From Dickeya solani IPO 2222 (GTDB lineage Bacteria > Pseudomonadota > Gammaproteobacteria > Enterobacterales > Enterobacteriaceae), in NCBI RefSeq assembly GCF_001644705.1, contig NZ_CP015137.1, positions 480,001 through 512,000 of the forward strand: 32,000 bases of DNA. Direction: 5' to 3'. Made by a program: the position numbers and the translations under genes. A model generated the notes under the pieces. That model saw nothing but the letters and a program-made list of their open reading frames with translations, was not told the origin of the DNA and made no database searches. Below are positions 18,997-28,948 of the stretch, one piece after another (the stretch's first letter is position 1; each line of letters opens with the position of its first letter).

Positions 18997-20514
18997 TCAC
19001 CCTTCGTTGTGCATTTCCAAATCTTCGACTTCATTCTGGCTGCGCATCGCTTTGGCATCGTCGTTACGCAGTGCTTCCAGATAATCCAGGTAGTCCTGAT
19101 CCACGTCTTTGGTGACATAGACGCCGTTGAATACCGAACATTCAAACTGAACGATTTCCGGGTTGTCTTCACGCACCGCCTCGATCAGGTCATCCAGATC
19201 CTGGAAAATAAGCGCATCGGCGCCGATGATCTTCCGAATCTCTTCCACTTCGCGACCGTGAGCGATCAGTTCGTTGACGCTCGGCATATCGATACCGTAC
19301 ACATTCGGGAAACGGATCTCCGGCGCGGCGGAGGCCAGATAAACCCGGCGTGCGCCGGCTTCACGCGCCATCTCCACAATCTGTTGGGAGGTGGTGCCGC
19401 GCACGATGGAGTCATCCACCAGCAACACATTCTTGCCGCGGAATTCCGCGCGGTTGGCGTTCAGCTTGCGGCGTACCGATTTAATGCGGGTCTGCTGGCC
19501 CGGCATGATAAAGGTACGACCGACATAGCGGTTCTTCACAAAACCCTGACGGTACGGCCTGTTGATGATGCGGGCGATTTCCAACGCGATATCACAGGAC
19601 GTTTCCGGAATCGGAATCACCACGTCGATATCCAGCTCTTCCCACTGACGGGCAATCTTTTCGCCCAGTTTCTGGCCCATGCGCACGCGGGCGCTGTAGA
19701 CCGAAATCTTGTCAATAAAGGAATCGGGACGGGCGAAATAAACATATTCGAACAAACACGGGTGGCTTTTCGGGTTTTCAGCACATTGACGGGTGAACAG
19801 CTGGCCGTTTTCGGTAATGTATACCGCTTCGCCCGGCGCCACATCGCGCAAAAATTCAAAACCCAGCGTATCCAGCGCCACGCTTTCCGACGCCACGATG
19901 AATTCGTTGCGTCCATCCGGCAGCTCACGCTTACCGATCACCAACGGACGAATGCCGTTCGGATCGCGGAACGCCACCATGCCGTGGCCGATGATCATGC
20001 CGATGCAGGCATAAGCGCCACGAATCTGCTGATGTACCGCTCCGACTGCGGCAAAAATATTATCCGCTTCCAGCGGATAGTGCTGAAAACGATCCAACTC
20101 TTTGGCAAACACGTTCAGCAGGATTTCGGAATCCGAGGTGGTATTGACGTGACGGCGCCCTTCTTCAAACAGCTTTTTGCGCAGCTCGTGGGCGTTGGTC
20201 AGGTTACCGTTATGAGCCAGCGTAATCCCGAACGGGGAATTGACGTAAAACGGCTGGGCCTCCGAGGCACTGGAGCTGCCTGCGGTGGGATAGCGCACAT
20301 GGCCGATCCCCATGTTGCCCTGCAGCCGTTGCATGTGCCGGGCTTCAAACACATCTTTCACCAGGCCATTGGCTTTGCGCAGGCGAAAGTAGTTGGCATC
20401 ATTAATGGTGACGATGCCCGCGGCATCCTGCCCACGGTGCTGTAACACCGTTAACGCGTCATAAATCGACTGGTTGACCGGTGTAAAACCGGCGATACCG
20501 ACAATACCGCACAT
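18997..20514 (-). CDS. purF: Amidophosphoribosyltransferase
   Basis: The 505-aa [40 protein letters not shown]... has the N-terminal Cys nucleophile and is near-identical to remembered E. coli PurF. Confidence 0.98.
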   Translation of the reverse strand: MCGIVGIAGFTPVNQSIYDALTVLQHRGQDAAGIVTINDANYFRLRKANGLVKDVFEARHMQRLQGNMGIGHVRYPTAGSSSASEAQPFYVNSPFGITLAHNGNLTNAHELRKKLFEEGRRHVNTTSDSEILLNVFAKELDRFQHYPLEADNIFAAVGAVHQQIRGAYACIGMIIGHGMVAFRDPNGIRPLVIGKRELPDGRNEFIVASESVALDTLGFEFLRDVAPGEAVYITENGQLFTRQCAENPKSHPCLFEYVYFARPDSFIDKISVYSARVRMGQKLGEKIARQWEELDIDVVIPIPETSCDIALEIARIINRPYRQGFVKNRYVGRTFIMPGQQTRIKSVRRKLNANRAEFRGKNVLLVDDSIVRGTTSQQIVEMAREAGARRVYLASAAPEIRFPNVYGIDMPSVNELIAHGREVEEIRKIIGADALIFQDLDDLIEAVREDNPEIVQFECSVFNGVYVTKDVDQDYLDYLEALRNDDAKAMRSQNEVEDLEMHNEG

Positions 20515-20544
20515 GTGGTCTTTTCCTCATCAGCGCTACCGCGG

Positions 20545-21036
20545 CTAGATGTGCCGCGGCAAGAAACTCGACGTGCTTTGCAGGTAGTCAAAAAACCACC
20601 TGATGATATAACTGAACTGCGGGATTAAATGGGACTGCTTCCAGTCAGCACTCTGTGAAAAACCGGTGAAGGTATCCAGAAAGAACAGCAGTGCGGAGAC
20701 AATCAGCACACCGCGCAATGCACCGAAGCAAACGCCCAGTACCCGATCAGTGCCTGACAGTCCGGTGCGTTCAACCAGCGAACCGATCACATAATTGACG
20801 ATAGCGCCCACAATCAACGTCGCAATAAACAGAATGGCAATGGCGATACCGTTGCGCACCAGCTCATCATTAAACCGCGTGAAATAGACCGCGAGATAGG
20901 CATAGTAGTGGCTGGCGATAAAGAACGCCGCCCCCCAGGTCACCAGTGACAGCGCTTCACGTACAAACCCCCGGATGAGACTGACCAGAGCCGAGAATCC
21001 GATAATACCGATAATGACGTAATCAACCCAAACCAT
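20545..21036 (-). CDS. cvpA: Colicin V production / membrane protein CvpA
   Basis: The 163-aa ORF MVWVDYVIIGIIGFSALVSLIRGFVREALSLVTWGAAFF... is collinear with remembered CvpA and sits upstream of purF as in E. coli. Confidence 0.95.
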   Translation of the reverse strand: MVWVDYVIIGIIGFSALVSLIRGFVREALSLVTWGAAFFIASHYYAYLAVYFTRFNDELVRNGIAIAILFIATLIVGAIVNYVIGSLVERTGLSGTDRVLGVCFGALRGVLIVSALLFFLDTFTGFSQSADWKQSHLIPQFSYIIRWFFDYLQSTSSFLPRHI

Positions 21037-21107
21037 GACCTATCCTAATAATGAACGATGACAATTGCAGCGCCGGTCATCCTGTTCGCGGCGCATTCTA
21101 ACAGAAA

Positions 21108-21123
21108 AAGAAAACGTTTGCGT
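21108..21123 (-). promoter_or_regulatory. PurR operator (PUR box) of the cvpA-purF promoter
   Basis: The minus strand reads ACGCAAACGTTTTCTT, identical to the remembered E. coli purF operator/PUR-box consensus. It lies 72-87 nt upstream of the cvpA ATG. Confidence 0.75.
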
Positions 21124-21235
21124 AGCGTATTTCCCGCCGATCTTTTCGATAGGCGAAGAAATAAAAAAAACCTCTCGCCGCCATGTGGATAGCGCTCTTG
21201 TCCGTCGCGCGCCACCGATGGGTTCAGTATCCGCC

Positions 21236-21269
21236 CACAAAATAAAGGGGCAAGGTCGCCTCGCTCCCC
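21236..21269 (-). terminator. Possible terminator after dedD (imperfect GC hairpin + T-rich tail)
   Basis: The minus strand reads GGGGAGCGAGGCGACCTTGCCCC followed by TTTATTTTGT. The stem is imperfect (GGGG/CCCC plus AGG/CCT). Confidence 0.35.
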
Positions 21270-21300
21270 TACCCCTGCTGGTATGTCCTGATTAGCCGCC

Positions 21301-22188
21301 TTAGCGCGCGCTGTACGACCGGACTTGCCCGCTCAGCCCGCTAAGCTGCTGCAGATCGCCCAACGCCGACTGCAGTTTTTGCTTCGAGGCATCCGGCCCG
21401 ACGTAGATACGGGTAATCTGCCCTGCCACCGGTGCCGACGGCACGGTATAAGCCCGGTAACCGGACAGACGCAGCTTGGCGACAATCTCATTAACCTTAT
21501 CGGCATTCTTCAGCGCGCCCAGTTGTACCACAAAAGCCTGACCGGCTGGCGCCTGATCCTGAGGCGTCGGCTTGCTTTCCGGTGCCTTGTTTTCCGTTTT
21601 GGCTTCCGCCACGCGAGTGTCGGCTGGTTTTTCGGCCGGCTTACTGTCGACTGGTTTACTGTCGACCGACTTACTTTCAGCAGCCTTACTTTCAGCCGCC
21701 TTGATCTCCGACGCTTTCGCCTCAGGCTTCGGTCGAATTTCCGGTTTGGTTTCCGGTTTTTTGGCTTCAGGTTTGGCCGGTTGCGCCTTCATCGCTGGCG
21801 GCGCCACTTGCTGCACCGGCGGACGTGGTTCGGTCACTACCGGCGCCGGCGTTGCCGTGGCGGCCGGGCGGGAAGACGATGGCTGAGACGTGCCATGACG
21901 GGCGGAGGATTGCGCTGAATCCGGCTCTTCGGCCGTCCCCGCGGCGGACTCATTCTTGCTCTGCATCGCCGCCTCGGCCCCTTCAGGCGGCTGGGCCGGC
22001 AGCGACTGGTTTATCGGCGGCATCGACTCCGCTTCCAGCGTATCGCCCGGTTTGGGAACCAACGGGATAGCGGCAAAATCATCTTCATAGTGCTTTTTCT
22101 TACCATCCAGCAGGCCGGGGAGCACGATCACCCCCAGCGCTACCAGCACAACCGTTCCTATCAGGCGATTCTGAAATTTACTCGCCAT
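21301..22188 (-). CDS. dedD: Cell-division protein DedD (N-terminal TM anchor, long low-complexity linker, C-terminal SPOR domain)
   Basis: The N-terminus MASKFQNRLIGTVVLVALGVIVLPGLLDGKKKHYEDDFAAIPLVPKPGD and the C-terminus FVVQLGALKNADKVNEIVAKLRLSGYRAYT...RIYVGPDASKQKLQSALGDLQQLSGLSG match remembered E. coli DedD (220 aa). This copy is 295 aa. Its start overlaps the folC stop by 11 nt. Confidence 0.9.
   Translation of the reverse strand: MASKFQNRLIGTVVLVALGVIVLPGLLDGKKKHYEDDFAAIPLVPKPGDTLEAESMPPINQSLPAQPPEGAEAAMQSKNESAAGTAEEPDSAQSSARHGTSQPSSSRPAATATPAPVVTEPRPPVQQVAPPAMKAQPAKPEAKKPETKPEIRPKPEAKASEIKAAESKAAESKSVDSKPVDSKPAEKPADTRVAEAKTENKAPESKPTPQDQAPAGQAFVVQLGALKNADKVNEIVAKLRLSGYRAYTVPSAPVAGQITRIYVGPDASKQKLQSALGDLQQLSGLSGQVRSYSAR
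21638..21697. repeat. Four tandem 15-bp repeats inside the dedD linker
   Basis: The units are ggcttactgtcgact / ggtttactgtcgacc / gacttactttcagca / gccttactttcagcc. They encode ..AESKAAESKSVDSKPVDSKP.. on the minus strand. Confidence 0.9.
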
Positions 22189-23446
22189 GCGTTCCGCTCC
22201 CGTCCAGCGCTTCCATCACATGCGCGACAGTATGGAAAGAACCACAAACAATCACGACATCATCTTCACCGGCATCCTGCATCGCCTGCCGCCAGGCCGT
22301 CGCCACATCCGGGAATGACGTACAGTGGTCCAGATGCGTGGCCAGCAGCCCGGCATCGGCGCCGCGCGGCCCCTCCAGCGGAGCGCAATACCACACATCC
22401 ACCTGCGGCTTAAGATGCGCCAGCGTACCGGGGATGTCTTTATCCGCCAGCATGCCAATCACCGCCCGTACCCGGCCGGCGCGTGGTAAATCAGCCAGCC
22501 GCGCGGCCAGGTAGGCTGCGGCATGAGGATTATGCGCGACATCCAGAATCAACAACGGCTTTTCGCTCACAATCTGGAAACGTCCCGGCAATTGCGCCTG
22601 ACGCAACCCCTGATGAATAACGTTGACAGTCAGAGCAATATCGGAGGCCTGCAGCGCCGCCAGAGCGGTCGCCGCATTCGCCAGCGGAACGGTTGGAATA
22701 GGCAACCGATCATAATGCACATCGCCACTCTGCCAGCACCAGCCGTCATCTTGCAGTGAGAACTGCCAGTCAAACCCGCGCCGGAGCAACTGCGCGCCTT
22801 TTTCCTGCGCGACGGCGGCAATTGATGCCGGCATGTCCGGTTCGCCCACCACTGCCGGCCGGTTCCCGCGGAAAATCCCCGCCTTTTCGCGGCCGATGCT
22901 TTCCCGGTCGTTACCCAGCCAGTCGGTATGATCCAGCGCGATGCTGGTAACGACCGCGACATCGGCATCCACGATATTGGTAGCATCCAGACGACCACCC
23001 AGCCCGACTTCCAGAATCACCACATCCAGCTGCGCCTGTTTGAACAACCACAGCGCCGCCAGTGTGCCGAATTCAAAATAGGTCAGCGAGGTGCCGTTGC
23101 GACCGGCTTCGATCGCGGCAAATGCCTCGGCGTGGCTGGACTCCGGCAATTCGCGGCCCTGAATGCGCACCCGTTCGGTATAACGCAGCAGGTGTGGTGA
23201 ACTGTACACCCCAACCCGTAGCCCGGCGGCGATCAAAATGGATTCCAGCGTGCAGCACGTGGTGCCTTTGCCGTTGGTGCCGGCCACGGTAAACACACGA
23301 GGAGCCGGTTGCAGCAGATGCAGACGTTCCGCCGCCAGTTGGATGCGTTCCAGACCGAGGTCGATAGTCTGGAAGTGTAGATGTTCAAGATAGTGAAGCC
23401 ACGTGGCCAGAGGCGACGTGGCTTGAGGTGTCTGAAGATTGTCCAT
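22178..23446 (-). CDS. folC: Bifunctional folylpolyglutamate synthase / dihydrofolate synthase
   Basis: The 422-aa ORF ..FTVAGTNGKGTTCCTLESIL..VGVYSSPHLLRYTERV..LEVGLGGRLDATNIVD.. is collinear with remembered E. coli FolC. Confidence 0.96.
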   Translation of the reverse strand: MDNLQTPQATSPLATWLHYLEHLHFQTIDLGLERIQLAAERLHLLQPAPRVFTVAGTNGKGTTCCTLESILIAAGLRVGVYSSPHLLRYTERVRIQGRELPESSHAEAFAAIEAGRNGTSLTYFEFGTLAALWLFKQAQLDVVILEVGLGGRLDATNIVDADVAVVTSIALDHTDWLGNDRESIGREKAGIFRGNRPAVVGEPDMPASIAAVAQEKGAQLLRRGFDWQFSLQDDGWCWQSGDVHYDRLPIPTVPLANAATALAALQASDIALTVNVIHQGLRQAQLPGRFQIVSEKPLLILDVAHNPHAAAYLAARLADLPRAGRVRAVIGMLADKDIPGTLAHLKPQVDVWYCAPLEGPRGADAGLLATHLDHCTSFPDVATAWRQAMQDAGEDDVVIVCGSFHTVAHVMEALDGSGTHGE

Positions 23447-23526
23447 GAGTCCCGTTCACTGACTTACGGTTGATTGCTGCCGGGGAACACGGCAACAACG
23501 CCGCCCTGCCCCCGGTTTATCACTGA

Positions 23527-24438
23527 TTAGGCTTCACTCTGTGATTCAGGCGAGGCGGACGGCCGCGCCACGGCGGATTCCTGCGGCTCCGGGCGATTCG
23601 TCAGCCGGGACAGGATGCTCGCCAATTTGTGGCGCAAATCCGCACGACGGACGATCATATCGATGGCGCCTTTTTCCAGCAGGAATTCACTGCGCTGGAA
23701 GCCCGGCGGCAGCTTTTCGCGCACCGTCTGCTCAATAACGCGCGGGCCGGCAAAACCAATCAGCGCTTTCGGCTCGGCAATGTTCAGATCGCCCAGCATC
23801 GCCAGACTGGCGGACACGCCGCCCATCGTCGGATCGGTCAGCACCGAAATGTACGGCAGGCCGCGTTCACGCATTTTCGCCAGCGCCGCACTGGTTTTTG
23901 CCATCTGCATCAGCGACATCAGCGCTTCCTGCATACGGGCACCGCCACTGGAGGAGAAACAAACCAGTGGACAGTTGTCTTCCAGCGCCTGCTCGACAGC
24001 ACGGACAAACCGCGCGCCAACGACAGACGCCATTGAACCGCCCATGAAGGAGAATTCGAACGAAGCCGCAACCACCGGCATGTCGTACAGCGTGCCCTTC
24101 ATCACTATCAGGGCGTCTTTCTCATCAGACTGCTTCTGCGCCGCGGCGATACGGTCCTTGTATTTTTTGGAGTCTCTGAATTTCAGGACATCTTTGGGCT
24201 CCAGTTCGCTGCCCAGCTCCACCATGCCTTCTTTGTCCAGAAACGCATGAAGACGGGCCCGGGCGGATAACCGCATGTGATGATCACATTTCGGGCACAC
24301 TTCCAGGTTGCGTTCCAGCTCGGCGCGGTAAAGCACCTGACCGCAACTGTCACATTTAGTCCACACCCCTTCAGGAATATTCGCCTTGCGGGTTGGCGTG
24401 ACATTACTTTTATTAAGAATTCGTTCAATCCAGCTCAT
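23527..24438 (-). CDS. accD: Acetyl-CoA carboxylase carboxyltransferase beta subunit
   Basis: [56 protein letters not shown] contains the zinc ribbon, and the rest is near-identical to remembered AccD. Confidence 0.97.
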   Translation of the reverse strand: MSWIERILNKSNVTPTRKANIPEGVWTKCDSCGQVLYRAELERNLEVCPKCDHHMRLSARARLHAFLDKEGMVELGSELEPKDVLKFRDSKKYKDRIAAAQKQSDEKDALIVMKGTLYDMPVVAASFEFSFMGGSMASVVGARFVRAVEQALEDNCPLVCFSSSGGARMQEALMSLMQMAKTSAALAKMRERGLPYISVLTDPTMGGVSASLAMLGDLNIAEPKALIGFAGPRVIEQTVREKLPPGFQRSEFLLEKGAIDMIVRRADLRHKLASILSRLTNRPEPQESAVARPSASPESQSEA

Positions 24439-24668
24439 TGATAACCTTTCTGCTTGAACCTGGCACCAGCCAGTACGCTGCTACACGTTACCCCATCCCT
24501 GGCAACGCCGTCGATAAAGCGATATCACATCCCGGATACACCGGGACAAGACATTGGCATTGCGGCTTGTTCATACCAACACAGCCGTAAATGCTGCTCA
24601 TTAAACCATAACGATCCGGACGTGTGGATAAAAAACTGGTCAAACCGGAGGTTAAAATAATTTTCCAC

Positions 24669-25334
24669 TTATTTCATATTTTGCCGCGTCATGGCGCGCT
24701 TATGCCGCCAGAACTCGATCAACCCCGGCAGAATGGAGATGAAGATGATCGCCACGATCAATAACTTCAGGTTCTCCTGCACCACCGGCAAATCGCCGAA
24801 CAGGTAGCCGGCATAGGTGAACAACAGCACCCACAGCAGCGCCCCGGTCACGTTGTACAAGGCGAACTCGCGGTAACGCATGTGCCCCATCCCGGCGACA
24901 AAGGGCGCAAATGTTCTCACAATCGGCACAAAGCGCGCCAGAATTATTGTCTTGCCGCCGTGGCGACCATAGAACGCGTGGGTGCGATCCAGATAGCTGC
25001 GCCGGAAAATGCGCGAATTGGGATTGCGGAACAATTTCTCGCCGAACAGCCGGCCGATAGTGTAATTCACCGCATCGCCCAACACGGCGGCCACCACCAT
25101 CAGCGCCACCATCAGATGGACGTTCAGGTCATTGGTCGGCAACGCGGCCAGCGCGCCCGCCACAAACAACAGCGAATCGCCAGGCAGGAACGGCGTGACC
25201 ACCAGGCCGGTTTCACAAAACAGAATCAGGAACAGAATCGCGTAAATCCACACGCCATACTGCGCCACCAACCCGGCCAGGTGCACATCAATGTGCAGGA
25301 TGAAATCAATGATAAACCGTACAAAATCCAGCAT
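24669..25334 (-). CDS. dedA: DedA-family inner-membrane protein
   Basis: The 221-aa ORF ..[57 protein letters not shown].. is collinear with remembered E. coli DedA. Confidence 0.95.
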   Translation of the reverse strand: MLDFVRFIIDFILHIDVHLAGLVAQYGVWIYAILFLILFCETGLVVTPFLPGDSLLFVAGALAALPTNDLNVHLMVALMVVAAVLGDAVNYTIGRLFGEKLFRNPNSRIFRRSYLDRTHAFYGRHGGKTIILARFVPIVRTFAPFVAGMGHMRYREFALYNVTGALLWVLLFTYAGYLFGDLPVVQENLKLLIVAIIFISILPGLIEFWRHKRAMTRQNMK

Positions 25335-25397
25335 AATCGCGTCCTTATTCAGTTCAAATGCCGACTTCGCCGTTCGTTGACGGCGCGCCAGTTATCC

Positions 25398-26228
25398 TTA
25401 AATCGCCTCATCCGGCAGAAACAACGGCCCCATCGACGCGCATGGAATACCGAAATTCTGCGGATAATCCACCGCAACCAGATACAACCCGTCGGCTTTC
25501 GCCGTCGCGGCAGCCAGCGTTCGATCCTTTGCCGCCAGCAGTTCGGCCATCCAGTTTTCCGGCTGGTTGCCGCACCCGATCTCCATCAGGCTGCCCACAA
25601 TGTTACGTACCATATGATGCACAAACGCATTGGCCTTAATGTCCACCACCACATAGTCCCCCTGACGCACCACCCGCAGGTGCATCAGGTTACGCCAGGG
25701 CGTGCGCGACTGGCACTGCACCGCCCGGAACGAGGTAAAATCGTTCTCGCCCAGCAGGCACTGACCGGCGCGGTGCATGCGTTCGGCATCCAGCGGCAGG
25801 TAGTAATGCGTCACGCCCCGCGACAGGATCGCCGGCCGGAAACGTCGGTTATAAATCACGTAGCGGTAACGGCGGGCCGTAGCGCTGAAACGGGCATGAA
25901 ACGCGTCATCCACCGTTTTCACCCAACGCACCGCGATATCCGACGGCAGGTTGGCGTTGACGCCCATAGTCCAGGCCGCGTCCTTGCGCGCCGCCCGGGT
26001 GATGAAATGCACCACCTGCCCGGTGGCGTGCACGCCGGCGTCGGTGCGACCGGCGCAAAAGACGTCGATTCGCTCGTTCGCCACCTGAGACAGCGCCACC
26101 TCCAGGCAACCCTGAACGCTGTCTACCTCGGCCTGACGCTGCCAGCCGTAATAACGACTACCGTCATACTCGATCCCCAGGGCGATTTTCAGCGGCGCCT
26201 CGTCGTCCGCATGCTGCAACGCCGTCAT
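25398..26228 (-). CDS. truA: tRNA pseudouridine(38-40) synthase
   Basis: The 276-aa ORF ..[50 protein letters not shown].. matches remembered TruA. Its start codon overlaps the usg stop by 1 nt (TAATG). Confidence 0.95.
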   Translation of the reverse strand: MTALQHADDEAPLKIALGIEYDGSRYYGWQRQAEVDSVQGCLEVALSQVANERIDVFCAGRTDAGVHATGQVVHFITRAARKDAAWTMGVNANLPSDIAVRWVKTVDDAFHARFSATARRYRYVIYNRRFRPAILSRGVTHYYLPLDAERMHRAGQCLLGENDFTSFRAVQCQSRTPWRNLMHLRVVRQGDYVVVDIKANAFVHHMVRNIVGSLMEIGCGNQPENWMAELLAAKDRTLAAATAKADGLYLVAVDYPQNFGIPCASMGPLFLPDEAI

Positions 26229-27238
26229 TACCCCAGATACTCCTCAACCAGCCGCTCGGCGGTTTCCACCGCCATCAACGCGCCGCCGAAACGGATATTG
26301 TCGGCCACCGACCAAAACTGCAACAGCTCGGGAACGCCGTAATCATTGCGCAGGCAGCCAATACTCAACTGTACATTGTCGGAAGCATCTTCCACCTGCG
26401 TCGGGTAGTCGTCTTCCTCGCTCAGCACCACATCGCCCGCCTGTGCCAGCACGTCGCGCGCCTCATCGGCAGACAGCGGACGCAGCGCCTCCAGATGCAC
26501 CACCTGCGCATGGCCGTAAAACACCGGCGACTGCACGCAGCTAACCGAAATCGGCAAGCCATCGTCCTGCAATACTTTGCGCACCTGATCCACCAACCGG
26601 CGCTCCTCACGCACGCTGCCTTCGCTGTCCGCCAGCAGCGGCAACAAATTGAACGCCAGCTGTTTCGGGAACAGACCAGGCTCGGGAGGAATACCGTTGA
26701 GCAGACGGGCGCTCTGACCAGCCAAATCATCCACCGCCGCCTTGCCGTGAGCCGACACCGACAGCAGCGTAGTTACATGCAGACGTGACAGCCCGGCCTG
26801 TTCCGTCAACGGTTTGATCGCCGTGAGCAACTGGCTGGTGAGGCTGTCCGCCACCGCCACGATATTGCGGTTGCGGTAATCCGCCAGCACATGTGGGTTG
26901 ACGCCCGGCACCACCAGCGGCACATCCGGCTCCAGCGCGAACAGGCCGCTGCTGTCAATCACCAGACACCCGGCGTTGCCCGCCGCTTCGGCATAACGGG
27001 CGCTGGCTTCCATACCGGCGACGAAAAAAGCCAATTGTGCCTGCGACCAGTCGAAATCCGCGGCGTTTTCCACCCGCAGCGAACGGCCGCTAAAACGCAG
27101 GCTCTCGCCGGCGCTGTTTTCACTCGCCAGCGCATAGAGCTCGCCCACGGGAAACTCACGTTCCTGCAACAGCTCCAGCAAAGCGGTGCCGACGGCGCCG
27201 GTCGCACCCAGCAATGCGATATTCCAGCCATTGGACAT
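26228..27238 (-). CDS. usg: USG-1 protein (aspartate-semialdehyde dehydrogenase-like)
   Basis: The 336-aa [42 protein letters not shown] has a Rossmann GATGAVG motif and ..[23 protein letters not shown]... It lies between pdxB and truA as in E. coli. Confidence 0.9.
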   Translation of the reverse strand: MSNGWNIALLGATGAVGTALLELLQEREFPVGELYALASENSAGESLRFSGRSLRVENAADFDWSQAQLAFFVAGMEASARYAEAAGNAGCLVIDSSGLFALEPDVPLVVPGVNPHVLADYRNRNIVAVADSLTSQLLTAIKPLTEQAGLSRLHVTTLLSVSAHGKAAVDDLAGQSARLLNGIPPEPGLFPKQLAFNLLPLLADSEGSVREERRLVDQVRKVLQDDGLPISVSCVQSPVFYGHAQVVHLEALRPLSADEARDVLAQAGDVVLSEEDDYPTQVEDASDNVQLSIGCLRNDYGVPELLQFWSVADNIRFGGALMAVETAERLVEEYLG

Positions 27239-27323
27239 GTGATCGTTCTCCCCAACAATAATGAATAAAACACACCGGACGATGATCGCACCGCCCGGAT
27301 TAATCTGATTTTGATACAGGAAA

Positions 27324-28457
27324 TTAGTGATCGTTAACCGACGCGGTGAAACCCAACCGGTTCAGCCGGTCTGCACTCTCCCGATCGGCGCAGACGACAT
27401 GCAGCGATGACCACTCGCGCCGCTCCTGATAGAACTTGCGCAGCCGGTCAAATTCGCCGGGCACGTGCGCTACCTGACGCAGCAGTGCGTCATCACGGCG
27501 CACATCATACACCAGATGCACCAGCCGTTTGAGCTGATGCTCATCCAGCGGCACGGTCAGGGTTATTTCAGCCAGTTCCGGCGTCGGCAGCAGCGACGAC
27601 AAGGCGACCTGTTGCGGCTGACCGATAAAACGGCTCCAGGCTTCGAACACCTGAGTGGTGCCGCGCGCCTTGCCTTCCAGCGTATAACCGGCGATATGCG
27701 CGGTGCCGATGTCGACCCGCTCCAGCAGTTCGATGGACAATTCCGGTTCCGGCTCCCATACGTCCAACACCACGCTGATGTTTTTGCCGCCTTGCAGCGC
27801 CGCCAGCAAGGCGGCGTTATCCACCACCGGGCCTCGGCAGGCGTTGATCAGGATGGCGCCATCCTTCAGACGCGCCAACAACGCGGCATTCACGCTATGC
27901 CAGGTGGCGTAAGGGCCGTCTTTCAGCAGCGGGGTGTGAAAGGTCAATACATCGGCCTGTTCCACGACCTCGTCCAGCGACAGGAACGGCCCGCTGTCAC
28001 CGCGATCCGCCCGCGGCGGGTCGCACAGCAGCGTGCGCACGCCTAGCGCCGTCAGCCGGTCATTGAGGCGAGAACCCACGTTGCCCACCCCGATAATGCC
28101 GACGGTACGATCCGTCAGGGTGAAGCCATCGCGTTCCGCCAGCATCAGCAGGGCGGAAAACACATATTCCACCACCGCAATCGCATTGCAACCGGGCGCG
28201 GCGGAAAATGCGATCCCCTGTTGGCGCAGGAACGCTTCATCGACGTGATCCGTTCCCGCCGTCGCCGTACCCACAAATTTCACCGCTTTGCCGGCCAGCA
28301 GGTCGGCGTTCACTTTGGTGACCGAACGCACCATCAGCGCATCCGCCTCGTTCAGAGCATCCGTCGGAATCGGCCGCCCCGGCACCGCCGTCACCTCGCC
28401 CAGGCGGCTGAACAGCGTCTGTGCGTAAGGCATATTTTCATCAACTAGGATTTTCAC
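27324..28457 (-). CDS. pdxB: Erythronate-4-phosphate dehydrogenase
   Basis: (V)[34 protein letters not shown]...[12 protein letters not shown]... is collinear with remembered E. coli PdxB (378 aa). Start moved from 28649 to the GTG at 28457, which is preceded by AGGAAA 6 nt upstream. The 64-codon upstream extension is Arg/Cys-rich nonsense. Confidence 0.93.
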   Translation of the reverse strand: MKILVDENMPYAQTLFSRLGEVTAVPGRPIPTDALNEADALMVRSVTKVNADLLAGKAVKFVGTATAGTDHVDEAFLRQQGIAFSAAPGCNAIAVVEYVFSALLMLAERDGFTLTDRTVGIIGVGNVGSRLNDRLTALGVRTLLCDPPRADRGDSGPFLSLDEVVEQADVLTFHTPLLKDGPYATWHSVNAALLARLKDGAILINACRGPVVDNAALLAALQGGKNISVVLDVWEPEPELSIELLERVDIGTAHIAGYTLEGKARGTTQVFEAWSRFIGQPQQVALSSLLPTPELAEITLTVPLDEHQLKRLVHLVYDVRRDDALLRQVAHVPGEFDRLRKFYQERREWSSLHVVCADRESADRLNRLGFTASVNDH

Positions 28458-28860
28458 GTTGGCTTTCCTGATAGACCGCTGACGACACCCGCGCCGCAGC
28501 GATGAAACGAAGGGCGTTATTCTGCCACAAACCGGCAAACGGTAACACCGACGGCAGGAACCGCGCCCGCTGGTGATCTTGCATGACGCTGGCCGCCAGA
28601 AGCCGTTATCGCGGCGGCAGGCAGAGCTGCTTGGTGGGCCGTCCATCATATCATCATGCCAGGCGACGCTTCATCAGGCCGGCGGCTCATTCATTCCAGC
28701 GAGCGCCGCGGATTACTCCATCCGCGCGCTGCTTTACCCGCCGGAATTGGTGCGTTTCACACCAGTCATGCGTTTTCTCGCCTTTTCGTTCTGCCCGACG
28801 GAATATTCACCTGTTCATGCCCGACGACTATCGGTAATACCGCACCGTTGTTATGATGAT

Positions 28861-28895
28861 GATAGATATGATGGCGATAGGTATGATGGCGATAA
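28861..28895 (+). repeat. 15-bp tandem direct repeat (2.3 copies) about 55-90 nt upstream of flk
   Basis: GATAGATATGATGGC (28861-28875), GATAGGTATGATGGC (28876-28890) and a partial third unit GATAA (28891-28895), preceded by ATGATGAT. Confidence 0.85.
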
Positions 28896-28948
28896 TTTCA
28901 TCGGGTTGATGCGAAATCCCGTCGAGCGTCTACGGTAAGGATCACACC

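Noticed and set aside
19009-20445. 478-codon ORF on the plus strand, antisense to purF
   Set aside because: It lies fully inside purF, whose translation is unmistakable. The antisense product is His/Arg/Gln/Val-rich low-complexity sequence with no recognisable motifs. Long stop-free antisense frames are a known artefact of GC3-biased codon usage.
24882-26342. 486-codon plus-strand ORF spanning the antisense of dedA, truA and the usg 3' end
   Set aside because: It crosses two gene boundaries and an intergenic gap opposite three well-conserved genes. Its translation is Arg/His/Gln-rich nonsense with no SD or plausible start context. It is treated as a compositional artefact.
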